From Longimicrobiales bacterium (lineage in GTDB: Bacteria > Gemmatimonadota > Gemmatimonadetes > Longimicrobiales > Gaopeijiaceae), in contig CBDFMQ010000002.1 in assembly GCA_965249725.1 (NCBI GenBank), positions 2,784,001 through 2,848,000 on the forward strand: DNA of 64,000 bases. The letters run 5' to 3'. Below the pieces are notes generated by a model. That model saw only the letters and a list, made by a program, of their open reading frames with translations. It made no database searches and was not told where the DNA came from. Shown piece by piece: positions 20,564-31,325 of the stretch (the first letter of the stretch is position 1; each line of letters opens with the position of its first letter). The position numbers were made by a program, and so were the translations under genes.

Positions 20564-21877
20564 CTAATACTCGAGGAGCTTCGCCAGCTCTTCGTCGGTC
20601 AGGTCGTCCGCAGGGCGAGATCCCATCCCGGTCGGGGAGCGGGAGTGGCGGCCCCGTGTGGTGGACGCGCTCTCCGCCGTCTGCGGCGTACCCGCATAGT
20701 CGAACTCGGGCAGGTGTACACGATCGAGGTCACGTTCGATGTGGTAGGTGAGAGACTTGAACGACCCCAGGTCGCCGGCCGCGACAAACGTGACGGCCGT
20801 GCCGATCGCGCCGGCGCGGGCCGTGCGACCGATGCGGTGCGTGTAGTCCTCGGGATCCTGCGGCACGTCGTAGTTGACCACGTGAGAAATGCCCTCAACG
20901 TCGAGGCCGCGCTGGGCGATGTCCGTCGCGACGAGGACCCGCACCTGCTTCTCCGCGAACCGCTCCAAGGCCCGAGTACGATGAGCCATGCGGAGATTCG
21001 AGTGCAAGGCCTCCGTCTTGATTCCGTGGCGATCGAGGCGCGCCTTCAGCGCGTCGGCACCCGCCTTGGTCCTCGTGAAAACCAACACCTGCTCCCACTC
21101 GGGGTCCTCGAGGAGCTTCAGCAAGAGGTCCGGCTTCATCTCCGGCTTCACGGAGTACACCACCTCGGTGATGCCCTCGGCCTTGGTGCCGGAGCGCGCC
21201 GCCTCGACCCATACCGCTTCCTTGGTGAGGCGCGAGGCCAGGTCATGAACGCCGTGGGGCATGGTCGCGGAGAACAGCATGGTCTGCCGTTTGTGCGACA
21301 TTCCCCTCAGGACGTCCTCGATCTGTGGGCGAAAGCCCATATCGAGCATGCGATCGGCTTCGTCGAGGATGAGCGTGCGAACACCACCGAGTTTCACCCG
21401 GCCGCGCCCCATGTGATCGATGAAGCGTCCGGGCGTCGCGACCATCACTTCGGTACCGTTCTCGAGCGCCTCCAACTGGGGTCCGTAGCTGACGCCACCG
21501 TAGATGGCCGCCGACCGAATTTTCGTGCCCTTGGCCAGGGCGTCGGTATCGTCGCAGACCTGCTGGGCAAGCTCACGGGTCGGGCAAAGCACCAGGACCT
21601 GGAGCCCCTCGCCCGCCTCGATCCGCTCCAGACACGGGATCATGAACGCACCCGTCTTTCCCGTGCCCGTCTGGGCGATCCCCACCAGATCGTGCCCATC
21701 CAGCCCCGCGGGAATGCCTTTGACCTGAATGGGAGTCGGATGTTCCCAACCCAAGGCTTCGATGGCGGCGCGTAGCGGCGCCGAAACACCCAGATCCTCG
21801 AACGTCGGGGTCTGGGGGGCTTCCTCTTTCGACTCTTCTTCCACGGGTTCCTTCTCGGGGGGAGCCGGCAGGACCAC
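20564..21877 (-). CDS. DEAD-box RNA helicase
   Basis: PTPIQ, AQTGTGKT, PTRELA, DEAD, SAT, HRIGRTAR. Confidence 0.95.
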   Translation of the reverse strand: MVLPAPPEKEPVEEESKEEAPQTPTFEDLGVSAPLRAAIEALGWEHPTPIQVKGIPAGLDGHDLVGIAQTGTGKTGAFMIPCLERIEAGEGLQVLVLCPTRELAQQVCDDTDALAKGTKIRSAAIYGGVSYGPQLEALENGTEVMVATPGRFIDHMGRGRVKLGGVRTLILDEADRMLDMGFRPQIEDVLRGMSHKRQTMLFSATMPHGVHDLASRLTKEAVWVEAARSGTKAEGITEVVYSVKPEMKPDLLLKLLEDPEWEQVLVFTRTKAGADALKARLDRHGIKTEALHSNLRMAHRTRALERFAEKQVRVLVATDIAQRGLDVEGISHVVNYDVPQDPEDYTHRIGRTARAGAIGTAVTFVAAGDLGSFKSLTYHIERDLDRVHLPEFDYAGTPQTAESASTTRGRHSRSPTGMGSRPADDLTDEELAKLLEY

Positions 21878-21972
21878 GGTTCGACATGAATGTGGGGTGC
21901 GGCCGGCTCGGAATCAGCCTATAACTTGACGGTAAAGGCTTGAGATTCAAAGACGTGCGCCACCGGAACACC

Positions 21973-22467
21973 ATGACGAGCAATCACGAGATTTCCGTTC
22001 TATTCGTCTGCCTGGGTAACATCTGCCGCTCACCGCTGGCCGAGGGGGTCCTGGCCCATCAACTGAACGAAGCGGGGTTGTCGGACCGGGTCCATGTCGA
22101 CTCGGCCGGCACGGGTGCCTGGCACGTCGGACAGGCTCCGGACACCCGGTCCATAGCGGTCGCGGCACAGAACGGCATCGAACTCACCGGGAGCGCACGC
22201 CGGGTGCGCCTGGAGGACTTCTTCGAGTTCGAGCTCGTCTTGGCGATGGATCGCGGCAATCTCGCGGACCTGAAGGACCTCGAGTCCGGGACTGGGTCCG
22301 ACGCCGCGATCAAGCTCTTCCTGGATTTCGACTCCGATCCCACCGGCGATCCAGACGTGCCGGATCCCTACTACGGCGGATCGGACGGCTTTCAACAGGT
22401 GTTCGAGATGGTCGATCGCACGTGTGCGGCCCTGGTGGATCATCTTCGGGACCAGCTCCCCTCTTGA
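21973..22467 (+). CDS. Low-molecular-weight protein tyrosine phosphatase
   Basis: VCLGNICRSP, DSAGT, DVPDPYYG. Confidence 0.95.
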   Translation: MTSNHEISVLFVCLGNICRSPLAEGVLAHQLNEAGLSDRVHVDSAGTGAWHVGQAPDTRSIAVAAQNGIELTGSARRVRLEDFFEFELVLAMDRGNLADLKDLESGTGSDAAIKLFLDFDSDPTGDPDVPDPYYGGSDGFQQVFEMVDRTCAALVDHLRDQLPS

Positions 22468-23373
22468 GCGTGGGGCTTCCTCCCGGGCTGGTACCTTCGA
22501 TTCAACAACGCCTCTCCGAGATCGACGGACAGGCACGCGTCATCGTCGGGACGGAAGAGGTGACCGGCGGATGCATCCACAACAGTCTGAGGATCTCGAC
22601 GGAGGATGGAGAGTCCTTCTTCCTCAAGTGGAGCCCCGAGTCGACGGAGGAGGCCTTCCTCACAGAGGCGGACGGCCTGGAGGCCCTCGCCTCCTCCGGA
22701 ACTCTGAGGGTCCCTGCGGTGGTGGGGTATTCGACGCCCGGGGAGTCACCCTCATGGCTCCTCCTGGAGTTCGTCCCCCATGGCCATCCCGCAGACGACT
22801 ACTGGGAGGCACTGGGCCGAGGGCTTGCCGACCTCCATCAGGATCGGTCGAGGCCGTATGGCTGGGAGCGAGCCAACTACATCGGCTCCCTACCTCAGGC
22901 CAATGACGTGGCAGACGATTGGGATGAGTTCTGGTGGACTCGGCGGCTCCTGCCTCAACTGACGATGGCTCGTGACGCCAATCGGCTGGCCCGGGCGTTG
23001 GGACGATTGGGAGCTGCTGAAGACGAACCTCCCGAACCTGACCGGTACCGACGGCCTGGAACCGTCGATCCTACACGGCGACCTGTGGAGTGGGAACGTA
23101 TTCGCCGGCCCGTCGGGCGAACCGGTTCTTGTGGATCCGGCCGTATACCGGGGTCACTCCGAGGTCGATCTGGCGATGACCGAGCTGTTCGGCGGCTTTC
23201 CTGGTCCGTTCTACTCAGCCTACGCGGAAGTGCGTCCCCTCGCGGATGGCTATCGGGAAGTCCGGCGCTCTTTGTATCAGCTGTACCCTCTGCTGGTGCA
23301 CGTGAATCTGTTCGGGGGATCCTACGTGGCGTCTACCCACCGGACGCTGAGAACGGTGCTGGCGCAGACCTGA
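22464..23373 (+). pseudogene. Fructosamine kinase family protein, frameshifted at about 22985
   Basis: GGCIH, FFLK, EADGL, NYIGSLPQ in one frame; LHGDLWSGN, DPA, HSEVDLAM in the next; may be a sequencing error. Confidence 0.82.
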
Positions 23374-23432
23374 CGCCCGGGCAATCAGGGAGACTGAAGG
23401 GGCTCGAGAAGGGGTTCGAGCAGGTCGCCGGA

Positions 23433-24641
23433 TCAGCCGGCTGCGGACGCCGACTCCTTCACTGCGCCGGCCACCTTCTCGATCGCTCGTTGCAGCAGTT
23501 CGTCCGAGGTCGCGAAGCTGATGCGGACGTACCGATCATCACCAAAGGCGACCCCGGGCACCATCGCGACCCCGGTCTCCTCGATGAACCACGTACAGAG
23601 GTCCGCCGAGCCCGAGATGCCGTTCCGGAAGAGTGAGTCCACCCGAATGAAGAAGTAGAACGCCCCTTTGGGCTCCACGAATGGGAGCCCCGGAAGGAGG
23701 TCACTCAGGAGCTCGACCACCAGATCTCTCCGCCGCCGAAACGCACCGACCATCTCCTGGGCTGCTGCGCGCGCGCGGGGGGGGTCTCCGAAAGCACTCA
23801 ATGCGGCCATCTGAGACGGAGCCGCCGCGTTCGAAGTGGTGTGGCTCTGGAGAGCGTTCAGCTTCTTCGCCAACTCTACGTCGGAGTAGGAAAAGCCGAT
23901 CCGCCACCCCGTCATCGCGAAGGCCTTCGAGGCACCGTCGATCAGCACATACTCCCCGACCGACTCCTGAGGCAACTCGAGGATGCTGGGAGCCGTGGCC
24001 CGATCGCCACCGAAGTAGATCCCCCGGTAGATCTCATCGACCAAAAGAACCACGTCACGGTCACGCGCCCATTCGGTGATCGCCAGCAGCTCGGCCAGGG
24101 AATAGACGGCTCCCGTGGGATTGCACGGTGAGCAAAGAAGGAGCCCCTTCGTCCGCTCCGTCGACGCGGATTCGAGATCGTCGGGCGTCAGCAGGAAGTT
24201 TCTATCCGGGCTCCCGGACACCGCTACGGGCTCAGCCCGGGCGAGGGAGATCATCTGGGGGTAACTCGTCCAGTATGGAGTCGCTACGAGCACCTCGTCG
24301 CCCGGTCCGAACAGGGAGAAGATCGCGTTGAACAGCGACTGCTTGGCGCCGTTTCCGACGACCACGCCCTCCCAATCGATGGGGCGTCCCGCGATCGACT
24401 CCAGGTATCCCGCGATGGCACGCCTGAGCTCCGGCATGCCGGGGGTGGGAGTGTAGCGCGTCTTGCCGGCGTGTATGCCGTCGACCGCCGCTTGCGAGAT
24501 CCACTCGGGCGTATCGAAATCGGGCTCCCCCGCACTCAGGTCGATGATGTCACGACCTTCGGCCCGGAGGCGCTTAGCTAGGGAGCTTACTGCGATCGTG
24601 GCGGACGGGCGGAGCTGGGAGATGTTGTCGCTGTATGTCAT
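23433..24641 (-). CDS. Class I/II PLP aminotransferase (aspartate aminotransferase-like)
   Basis: AGEPDF, PCNPTG, DEIY, SKAFAMTGWRIG. Confidence 0.93.
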   Translation of the reverse strand: MTYSDNISQLRPSATIAVSSLAKRLRAEGRDIIDLSAGEPDFDTPEWISQAAVDGIHAGKTRYTPTPGMPELRRAIAGYLESIAGRPIDWEGVVVGNGAKQSLFNAIFSLFGPGDEVLVATPYWTSYPQMISLARAEPVAVSGSPDRNFLLTPDDLESASTERTKGLLLCSPCNPTGAVYSLAELLAITEWARDRDVVLLVDEIYRGIYFGGDRATAPSILELPQESVGEYVLIDGASKAFAMTGWRIGFSYSDVELAKKLNALQSHTTSNAAAPSQMAALSAFGDPPRARAAAQEMVGAFRRRRDLVVELLSDLLPGLPFVEPKGAFYFFIRVDSLFRNGISGSADLCTWFIEETGVAMVPGVAFGDDRYVRISFATSDELLQRAIEKVAGAVKESASAAG

Positions 24642-24770
24642 CCGGAAATATCGAGAGAGGGCATCCCCCAATCAAGTAAGTCCCCTGTACTCGGAGACCG
24701 AAGCCGGGCCCCCCTTCAGGGGCCGGGCAGCGAGGTTGATCCCACCCCCCGGGTGCGGCAGGTTCAACGC

Positions 24771-25358
24771 GTGAACGAACAAGAGAAGGTCGTCTTCTAT
24801 TTCGACTACGTCGATCCTGGGTCCTACTTGATGGACATCCAGTTGCATCGGCTTCTAGCCCCCGGCGTGACGGTCGTCCGCCACCCGTTCGAGCTCAGGC
24901 CGCCACCCATGGACGTGGTGGATGCTGCGAGCCCGGAGTGGGTGACGTATCGAGAGTCCGCCATCGCGCTCGGGGCCGGACTCGATGTCGACCTGGCCGA
25001 GTCCGACTTCATACCCTGGACCCGCAAGGCTCATGAGCTTCGGCTCCACGCCGCCGAGAAGGGGCTGGAGCGACGTATGCACGACGCTCTGTTCGAGGCA
25101 CGGTTCGCGCACGGAGCCGACGTCGGGCGGGTCGATGTCTTGGTGGGTCTGGCTGTGGGCCTGGGCTTGGATCTGACGGAAACCAAGGCCGTGCTCGACG
25201 TGGACCGCCACGCCGATGAAGTCGAGGAGTTGAGAAGGCGAGCGATGGCAGACGGGATCACGCGCACACCCACCCTCACCGTCGGCTCACAGAGCCTTGA
25301 AGGTCCGCGCCAGATCGACGACCTTCGAGGGCTCTTGAAGGCGGCCAATCTGACGTAA
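24771..25358 (+). CDS. DSBA-like thioredoxin-fold protein
   Basis: FYFDYVDPGSY, PFELRP, TRKAHEL, GITRTPT. Confidence 0.75.
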   Translation: MNEQEKVVFYFDYVDPGSYLMDIQLHRLLAPGVTVVRHPFELRPPPMDVVDAASPEWVTYRESAIALGAGLDVDLAESDFIPWTRKAHELRLHAAEKGLERRMHDALFEARFAHGADVGRVDVLVGLAVGLGLDLTETKAVLDVDRHADEVEELRRRAMADGITRTPTLTVGSQSLEGPRQIDDLRGLLKAANLT

Positions 25359-25415
25359 GTTGTAGCTCCGCAAGGCACCGGATGCGTCGCACCGGGCGAC
25401 ACGGAAGGACATCCC

Positions 25416-25718
25416 ATGGCAGGATATCAGCGTAAGACGGCTCTCTCTCCCACGGAGGTTCTCTCGAAGGCGGAGGAGCTCCTTCCCGAATGGATCGGCC
25501 TCGCCAAGTCGAAGAGTTCGACCCATAGCGCTACGTACACAGGTGGAGAAGGGACGGTGACGCTCTCCGCCCATCGTCACGGCCCGTATACCGAGGTGGT
25601 CGCGTCGAGCGATCGCCTTCGCACCTCCCGCATGGACTACGAGATTCAGAAGTTCCTGACCGAACTTCCGTATGAGCCCGGGGACGCGGGCGGACGGGGC
25701 TCCGGGAACCCTTCGTGA
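25416..25718 (+). CDS. Hypothetical protein
   Basis: RBS plus ATG; stop overlaps the next start (GTGA). Confidence 0.6.
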   Translation: MAGYQRKTALSPTEVLSKAEELLPEWIGLAKSKSSTHSATYTGGEGTVTLSAHRHGPYTEVVASSDRLRTSRMDYEIQKFLTELPYEPGDAGGRGSGNPS

Positions 25719-27310
25719 GCCATTCCTTCGAGGACCTGGAAGTCGCCCCCGAACTCGTCGAGGCGCTGTCGGCCGAAGGGCTCGAGGAGCCGACCGAGTT
25801 CCAGCGAGCCGCCATTTCGGTCGTGCGCCGCGGCAACAACCTTCTTGGAGCGGTCGGACCCGGTGCCGGTACGCTTGTCGCCTACGGCGTAGCGCTTCTC
25901 GAGCGCATCGACGCCGGAGCCGGACGACCCGGGGCCGTGGTCCTCACGGCGACCAGCGAGGCCGCTACGGCGCTCGCTGAGTCGCTGGGACGAATCGCAT
26001 TGGCCACAGGCCACACCGTCGGGGCGTTCGGAGGGACATGGGCGCTGCCGGAGAAGTCGGACGTCCTGTTCGGCATCGCTGGGAACGTACGGGCGGCGGT
26101 GGACGGCTCTCAACTCACCCTCGAAGGCGTTCAAAGCGTGGTCGTGGACGGCGCCAGTGCCATCGAAGCCGGCTCCGGCTTGGAGCCGGTAGGGGCCCTC
26201 TTCGAGTATCTGACCCCAGGGATCCAGCGCATCGTTCTCAGCCTGCCGGTCACCGAGGCCGTCGACGCACTCGTCTCGGCGCACGTGCCCAAGGCAGTTC
26301 AGATACCACCCCGGCCCATCTCCGACGAGCCTGGAGAGAAGCCGCCGGCCAGGGGAGAGTTGCGCTTCCGGATCACACCTGAAGACAAGGTCGAGGGCCT
26401 ACTCCGTCTCGTGGCCGAGCTCTTCGCGGACGGGGCTCGGCATGTGCTCGTGTATTGCCGCTCCGAGGACCGCGTCGCCGATGTCAGCGACTACCTGGCC
26501 CTTCATGGCTACCTGGCGGGAGCCCCGGGAGATGAGTCGCTTCCCCTCTGGTTGTCCGTCGCGCCCCTCGAGGCACGGGAGGCGATGGCCACACTTCCCA
26601 CGCAGGAGGGCGTGTCCATCGTCAGTCTGGACTGTCCCCCGGATGTGGACACGCTCGACCGGCGGCACGGCGGGGGCGGCGAGGGCACGGTAGTGCTCCT
26701 CTCAAGAGAGATCCCCCACTTTCGGGACACCTCCCGGCGAGCCGGCTATGGCGTCCGGCCGCTTCCGCCGCCGCCGTCCGTGGTGGAGGATCACGTCAGC
26801 GAGATCCGACAACGGCTGGCGGACACGGCGAAGCGCGAAGACCTCGCGCCGCACTATCTGATCCTGGAGCCGCTGTTGGAGCGCTTCAGCCCTCAGGAGC
26901 TCGCCGCCGCCGCTCTGGCTCTTCTGTCGAAGCCGACCGCCGGAACCGCGGACCACCACTCCACAACCAGCCACCCGGCGGCCAAAGCCCGGGCCGAGCA
27001 GGCCAGTGGAACCGACGGCTGGACGCGCCTTTTCGTCAGCATCGGCGATATGGAGGGCGTAAGTCCGGGGAGCCTCTTAGGCACCCTGGCGGGCGAATCG
27101 GGCGTGGACGGTTCTCAGTTCGGGAAGATCGAGATCCGAGAGACCTTCTCGCTGGTGGAGGTACGCCCTGCACAGGCCGAGAAGGTGATCAAGGCGGTCA
27201 ACGGCCTGAGTATCCGGGGACGAAGCACCCGGGTGGACTATGACCGCGGCGCGGGGAGCAAGGGCAGTAAGCCGGCGAATCGTCCGGGGTCGCGCCCCCG
27301 TCCCCGCTGA
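25715..27310 (+). CDS. Degenerate DEAD-box helicase-like protein with DbpA RNA-binding domain
   Basis: SFEDLEV..PTEFQ Q-motif region; C-terminal RLFVSIG..GKIEIRETFSLVEV; catalytic motifs eroded. Confidence 0.75.
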   Translation: MSHSFEDLEVAPELVEALSAEGLEEPTEFQRAAISVVRRGNNLLGAVGPGAGTLVAYGVALLERIDAGAGRPGAVVLTATSEAATALAESLGRIALATGHTVGAFGGTWALPEKSDVLFGIAGNVRAAVDGSQLTLEGVQSVVVDGASAIEAGSGLEPVGALFEYLTPGIQRIVLSLPVTEAVDALVSAHVPKAVQIPPRPISDEPGEKPPARGELRFRITPEDKVEGLLRLVAELFADGARHVLVYCRSEDRVADVSDYLALHGYLAGAPGDESLPLWLSVAPLEAREAMATLPTQEGVSIVSLDCPPDVDTLDRRHGGGGEGTVVLLSREIPHFRDTSRRAGYGVRPLPPPPSVVEDHVSEIRQRLADTAKREDLAPHYLILEPLLERFSPQELAAAALALLSKPTAGTADHHSTTSHPAAKARAEQASGTDGWTRLFVSIGDMEGVSPGSLLGTLAGESGVDGSQFGKIEIRETFSLVEVRPAQAEKVIKAVNGLSIRGRSTRVDYDRGAGSKGSKPANRPGSRPRPR

Positions 27311-27338
27311 TCCGAAAACCCACAGCTCTGAAAATAGA

Positions 27339-27378
27339 AGAGGCCACGCCCCCCTGACCGCGTCGGGGCGTGGCCTCT
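27339..27378. terminator. Probable bidirectional terminator hairpin
   Basis: agaggccacgcccc / ggggcgtggcctct 14-bp inverted repeat between convergent genes. Confidence 0.7.
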
Positions 27379-27424
27379 ATCCGATCCTTATGTCCTCAGG
27401 GGGGCTAACCCGCCCCGGCCGTTC

Positions 27425-27706
27425 CTACTGAATGGCGTCTTTCAGACCCTTACCGGCACGGAAGCCGGGGGTCTTGGAAGCCGGAATGTGAATCGTGGCG
27501 CCCGTGCGAGGGTTGCGACCCATACGGGCCTTACGATGCTTCGCCTCGAACGTGCCAAAGCCTGTGATCTGAACGCGTTCGTCTCTCCTCAGTGCCCCGG
27601 CGACAATGCCGCCTGAGCCGAAGAGTGCGTCCATGGCCCGAGAGGCGTCAGCCTTGGTCATGCCGGCGCGGTCGGCAAGGGCGTCTACCAGATCGGATTT
27701 GTTCAT
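27425..27706 (-). CDS. hup: HU family DNA-binding protein
   Basis: MNKSDLV, VQITGFGTF, GRNPRTG, PGFRAGKGLK. Confidence 0.95.
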   Translation of the reverse strand: MNKSDLVDALADRAGMTKADASRAMDALFGSGGIVAGALRRDERVQITGFGTFEAKHRKARMGRNPRTGATIHIPASKTPGFRAGKGLKDAIQ

Positions 27707-27930
27707 TGCGGTTCTCCTCAAGAAATGTGATGAGATTCTGATCGCGGCCTCTGCTGGCCTTCATCGAGCCCCGTATGGGATCCTTGCGCCTCGGGCCTTT
27801 CGCGCAAGCGATCCGGGACAAATGGGCCGCGACTCATTCGGGCGAGCTTCGGTCTGGTCTACGGTAAGGCCCACCCATCGGAGCGTCAAGGAGAAAATTG
27901 GCCGAAAACCCGCATCCTGCCTAGCTTCTC

Positions 27931-28188
27931 ATGGCAGATGGCCTGGAGCTCCGTTTCGAGCAGGCCGCCATCCAATCCGATTCGAAGCTCGCGGGCCGCA
28001 CCCTCATGGAAGCACGCATTCCTCAGGAGACGGGCTTGATCGTGATCGCGGTGAGAAAGCTGACCGACGAGACCCATCAGTTCATCTTCAACCCGGTGGC
28101 CGATACGAGATTAGAGCCGGGCGATGAGATGATCGAGTTGGGTCAGCCAAATCAGGTCGAGAAGTTACGGAAATACACCCGGGACTGA
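27931..28188 (+). CDS. Stand-alone TrkA-C (RCK_C) domain, possibly a remnant of a K+ channel gene
   Basis: SKLAGRTL..TGLIVIAVRK..FNP..LEPGDEMI. Confidence 0.65.
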   Translation: MADGLELRFEQAAIQSDSKLAGRTLMEARIPQETGLIVIAVRKLTDETHQFIFNPVADTRLEPGDEMIELGQPNQVEKLRKYTRD

Positions 28189-28202
28189 GGGCACGGACGA
28201 GA

Positions 28203-28400
28203 TCAGTCCTCGTCGTCTCCGTCGCTTGCCGTGGAGCCGGTGCGGTAACGCTTGAAGAGCGTCAATACCGCATACCCAACCGCCATGATCAGGGCGAACT
28301 TGAGCACCATGCCCACAATCGGAAGGACGAGCGCGCCCAGGACCTTCCAGAGAACCACCCCCGAGAAGCCCGCCAGGGCGACTTGACCAAGCATCCTCAT
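28203..28400 (-). CDS. Small membrane protein
   Basis: Two hydrophobic helices, GAGG RBS. Confidence 0.6.
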   Translation of the reverse strand: MRMLGQVALAGFSGVVLWKVLGALVLPIVGMVLKFALIMAVGYAVLTLFKRYRTGSTASDGDDED

Positions 28401-28626
28401 CTCGACCTCTCATTCCGTTGAGCCATACGATCGTGGTGTCCCGCGCGGCTTGACCGCGCGACCACCCCCTACGGCTTGACCGCAGGACCGTGGTGTGCCC
28501 TACGGACGGTACGGTGGTGGAGTTTCGCGATGATCGGGAGGCACATACGGCAACGGAGGCTGCCGCCCATCTACCAACTGCGAGCGGTCGGGAGAGAGGA
28601 GCGTGCTGCGGGGACTCGACCGGCGT

Positions 28627-28842
28627 CTACTTGTAGCGGTAGGTCACGCGGCCCTTGCTGAGGTCGTACGGAGACAACTCGACCTTCACCCGGTCGCCCT
28701 CGAGAACGCGGATGTAGTGCTGCCGCATCTTCCCAGAAAGATATGCGAGCACTTCATGGCCGTTCTCCAACTCCACCCTGAACCTGGCGTTGGGGAGGAC
28801 CTCGCTCACAGTCCCTTCGATCTCAATCGCTTCTTTCGCCAC
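28627..28842 (-). CDS. infA: Translation initiation factor IF-1
   Basis: [37 protein letters not shown]. Confidence 0.97.
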   Translation of the reverse strand: MAKEAIEIEGTVSEVLPNARFRVELENGHEVLAYLSGKMRQHYIRVLEGDRVKVELSPYDLSKGRVTYRYK

Positions 28843-28925
28843 TCAGCCTCACATCCGGTCATTTGATTGCGGGAATGGACGATAGCACGCCCCCACAAGG
28901 CGAGCAACGACGCCGGCACAGGCCA

Positions 28926-31325
28926 TTATAGGCGGAACCGATAGCTGAGCTTCGCGAACAAGCCGTCCGCCGTTGGGTGAACGTCCTCGAAACCAAAGCG
29001 GCTGGCGTCTTCCATCTGTCGCGTATAGCCGAAGAAGAACACGGTGCCCGGCGAAGGCTCATAGGACAGGAGTCCCTCGACCAGGATGCCGTTGTCCGAA
29101 GACCCTTCAAGCGGATCACACCCTTCCTCGTCACACGACTCCAGCGGCAGGCCGGTCACTGGATCTCTGACCTCGCCTAGTTCGGCGCTGGCGTATTCCA
29201 CCGTCGCCCTCAGGAATAGCGCACGGTTGAACTGGTACTGGGCGTTGATCCTGGGAATGGTCGCCCGCGAATACCGGGACCCGTCCAGCTTACGATTGAG
29301 GACGGCATGTCGCACGGCCGCCTCCATCGACAGGAAGCGACTGGGAAGGATCGTCAGGCTGATCTCCCCACCCCAGCTGTTCGCGACGTCCACGGGAGCA
29401 CCGGTGGACCGATAGAAGATCGGCACTTCCTTGAAATCAGCGCTGATTCGACCGCGCAGCCGCTCATATCCGCTTGCATACATGAAGGCGTTGAAGCTAT
29501 TCAGCCCGGTGAACTGGTCGCTGTCCGGGAGGAATGGCTGGGGCACGCCCCCCGGCCGAGTAGCGAGTCCATCATAGTCTTCGGCCGGCGCTGAGAACTC
29601 CGACCTTCTCGCCGTTAGCCAGACACTGACGTTGTTGCGGAGGGATAGGCTCATCATGAGCCGGGCCTCGGCCTCGTTCCATCGATTGCCGTCCCAGAAG
29701 GACTCGTGGTCCCAGTACCCCTGCACTTCGAGGCTCGGGCCCCAGCGCTCCACGAGAGCCCCTCGGCCACCGTACCAATTGTATGAGACCTGAGTCTGAG
29801 CATGCGCCTCGGCCAAGCGGCGGATGAAGCCGCTTTCCGGCTTGAAGTCCGTGCTCAGGTCCTCGAAGAGGGCGCTGAAGGTCAGGCCTCGCCCGGCCCT
29901 CGCCAACTGCGCGTAAAAGAGGCCACCCGTTGTGGTCGAGCCACCGTCGTCCCGATCCCAGCTTCCGGCCCCCTGGACCTGGAGGGTGTACCGCCGCGCC
30001 ATCACGAAACGCCCCTCCAAACCCGTGACCCGGTTGAAGTCGGCGCTACTCCTGGTCCGATCCGTATAGATCGCCCCCACCGTGGACGCCGCCCCGAGGT
30101 CCTGCCGGAGTCGAACCAGGTTCACATAGGTGTCCCCGTCATCGCCCGCCTGGTCCGCGGCGCCCAGGTACCCGACGCTGGCCCCACCCACCTTGCCGGT
30201 GAGCTTTGCCCCCGTGATCGGATCCACGATGGTCCGCGTAAACACGAGCTGTTTGGGAAGGCCGAAGATCTCGGTGCCTTCGAGGAAGAACGGCCGCTTC
30301 TCGGGGAAAAACAGCGGAAACCGTGTCAGGTTGGTGCGCTGCTCATCCACCTCGACCTGCGCGAAGTCGGTGTTGGTGGTGAGATCCAGCGTAAGGGACG
30401 GCGTCAGCGTGATCTTCGCGTCTCCGCCGATCTCGCTGGGATAGTCGGTGTCACCAGCAGAGTTCACGTAATCACGCTCGACCGACGTCAGTAAGTAGGG
30501 ACTGACGGTCGCCGCCCGCTGGGTGGGCACCGGAACACCCGCGAGGTCCCCGGCGAGAGAGAGCCGGACGAGGTTGTACTGACGCGGGACGGGCGCCCAA
30601 AAGGATTCCTCGTTCCGTCGACGGATGCGCCGCACCATGTTGAGACCCCACGTCTGGACCGATCCGCCCGCATAGCGGAGCGTGGCGAAGGGGATCTTGA
30701 ACTCCGCGTACCACCCGTCTCCGTTCCTGGTGGTCGCGACCTCCCAGCTCGCGTCCCAGTTCAGGTTGAATCCGCCGGACGAGCCCCGCTGCTGCCGATT
30801 GCTTCCCGCGACCCGTCCCCCGCCCTCTCCCTCGTTGACCACCTGGCCATCGTATTCGATGGAGGACGGAGTGGTCGCGAACACGAACCCGTTTTGCCGG
30901 TCCCTGTACGTATCGAGGATGATGCCGAAGTGGTCGGCTACCTGAATGTTCGCGTCCCGCAGCCTCTCGCCCGAAACGATCTCGTCGGGGTTCCGATCGT
31001 AAAGCCACGCCCCCAGATAGAGCGCCTCTCCGTCGGAAACGATCCTTACCTCCGTGCGTTCCGAGACCGGGTCGCCCTCTACGGGCTCACGCTGAAAAAA
31101 CGCGGTGAGGGGCTCGCCCAGGGACCAGGCTTCGTCGTCGAGCCGGCCGTCGATGATCGGTGGGGCACCCGTGATGCGAGTCACAACGGCCACCGGACCG
31201 CTTTCGCGGCTCGCTACGCTCTGCTGCGCAGCAAGGACGACGGGGGTGAGGGAGGCCCATACAACCAGCGGAAGCGCCCGAGCGATCCTGGGGCGCCTGG
31301 ATACCGGACTATCCGGGAAAATCAT
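28926..31325 (-). CDS. CBM9-like plus DUF5916 outer-membrane protein
   Basis: IDGRLDDEAW, AEFKIPF, NTDFAQVE, FFPEKRPFFLEG, C-terminal KLSYRF. Confidence 0.85.
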   Translation of the reverse strand: MIFPDSPVSRRPRIARALPLVVWASLTPVVLAAQQSVASRESGPVAVVTRITGAPPIIDGRLDDEAWSLGEPLTAFFQREPVEGDPVSERTEVRIVSDGEALYLGAWLYDRNPDEIVSGERLRDANIQVADHFGIILDTYRDRQNGFVFATTPSSIEYDGQVVNEGEGGGRVAGSNRQQRGSSGGFNLNWDASWEVATTRNGDGWYAEFKIPFATLRYAGGSVQTWGLNMVRRIRRRNEESFWAPVPRQYNLVRLSLAGDLAGVPVPTQRAATVSPYLLTSVERDYVNSAGDTDYPSEIGGDAKITLTPSLTLDLTTNTDFAQVEVDEQRTNLTRFPLFFPEKRPFFLEGTEIFGLPKQLVFTRTIVDPITGAKLTGKVGGASVGYLGAADQAGDDGDTYVNLVRLRQDLGAASTVGAIYTDRTRSSADFNRVTGLEGRFVMARRYTLQVQGAGSWDRDDGGSTTTGGLFYAQLARAGRGLTFSALFEDLSTDFKPESGFIRRLAEAHAQTQVSYNWYGGRGALVERWGPSLEVQGYWDHESFWDGNRWNEAEARLMMSLSLRNNVSVWLTARRSEFSAPAEDYDGLATRPGGVPQPFLPDSDQFTGLNSFNAFMYASGYERLRGRISADFKEVPIFYRSTGAPVDVANSWGGEISLTILPSRFLSMEAAVRHAVLNRKLDGSRYSRATIPRINAQYQFNRALFLRATVEYASAELGEVRDPVTGLPLESCDEEGCDPLEGSSDNGILVEGLLSYEPSPGTVFFFGYTRQMEDASRFGFEDVHPTADGLFAKLSYRFRL

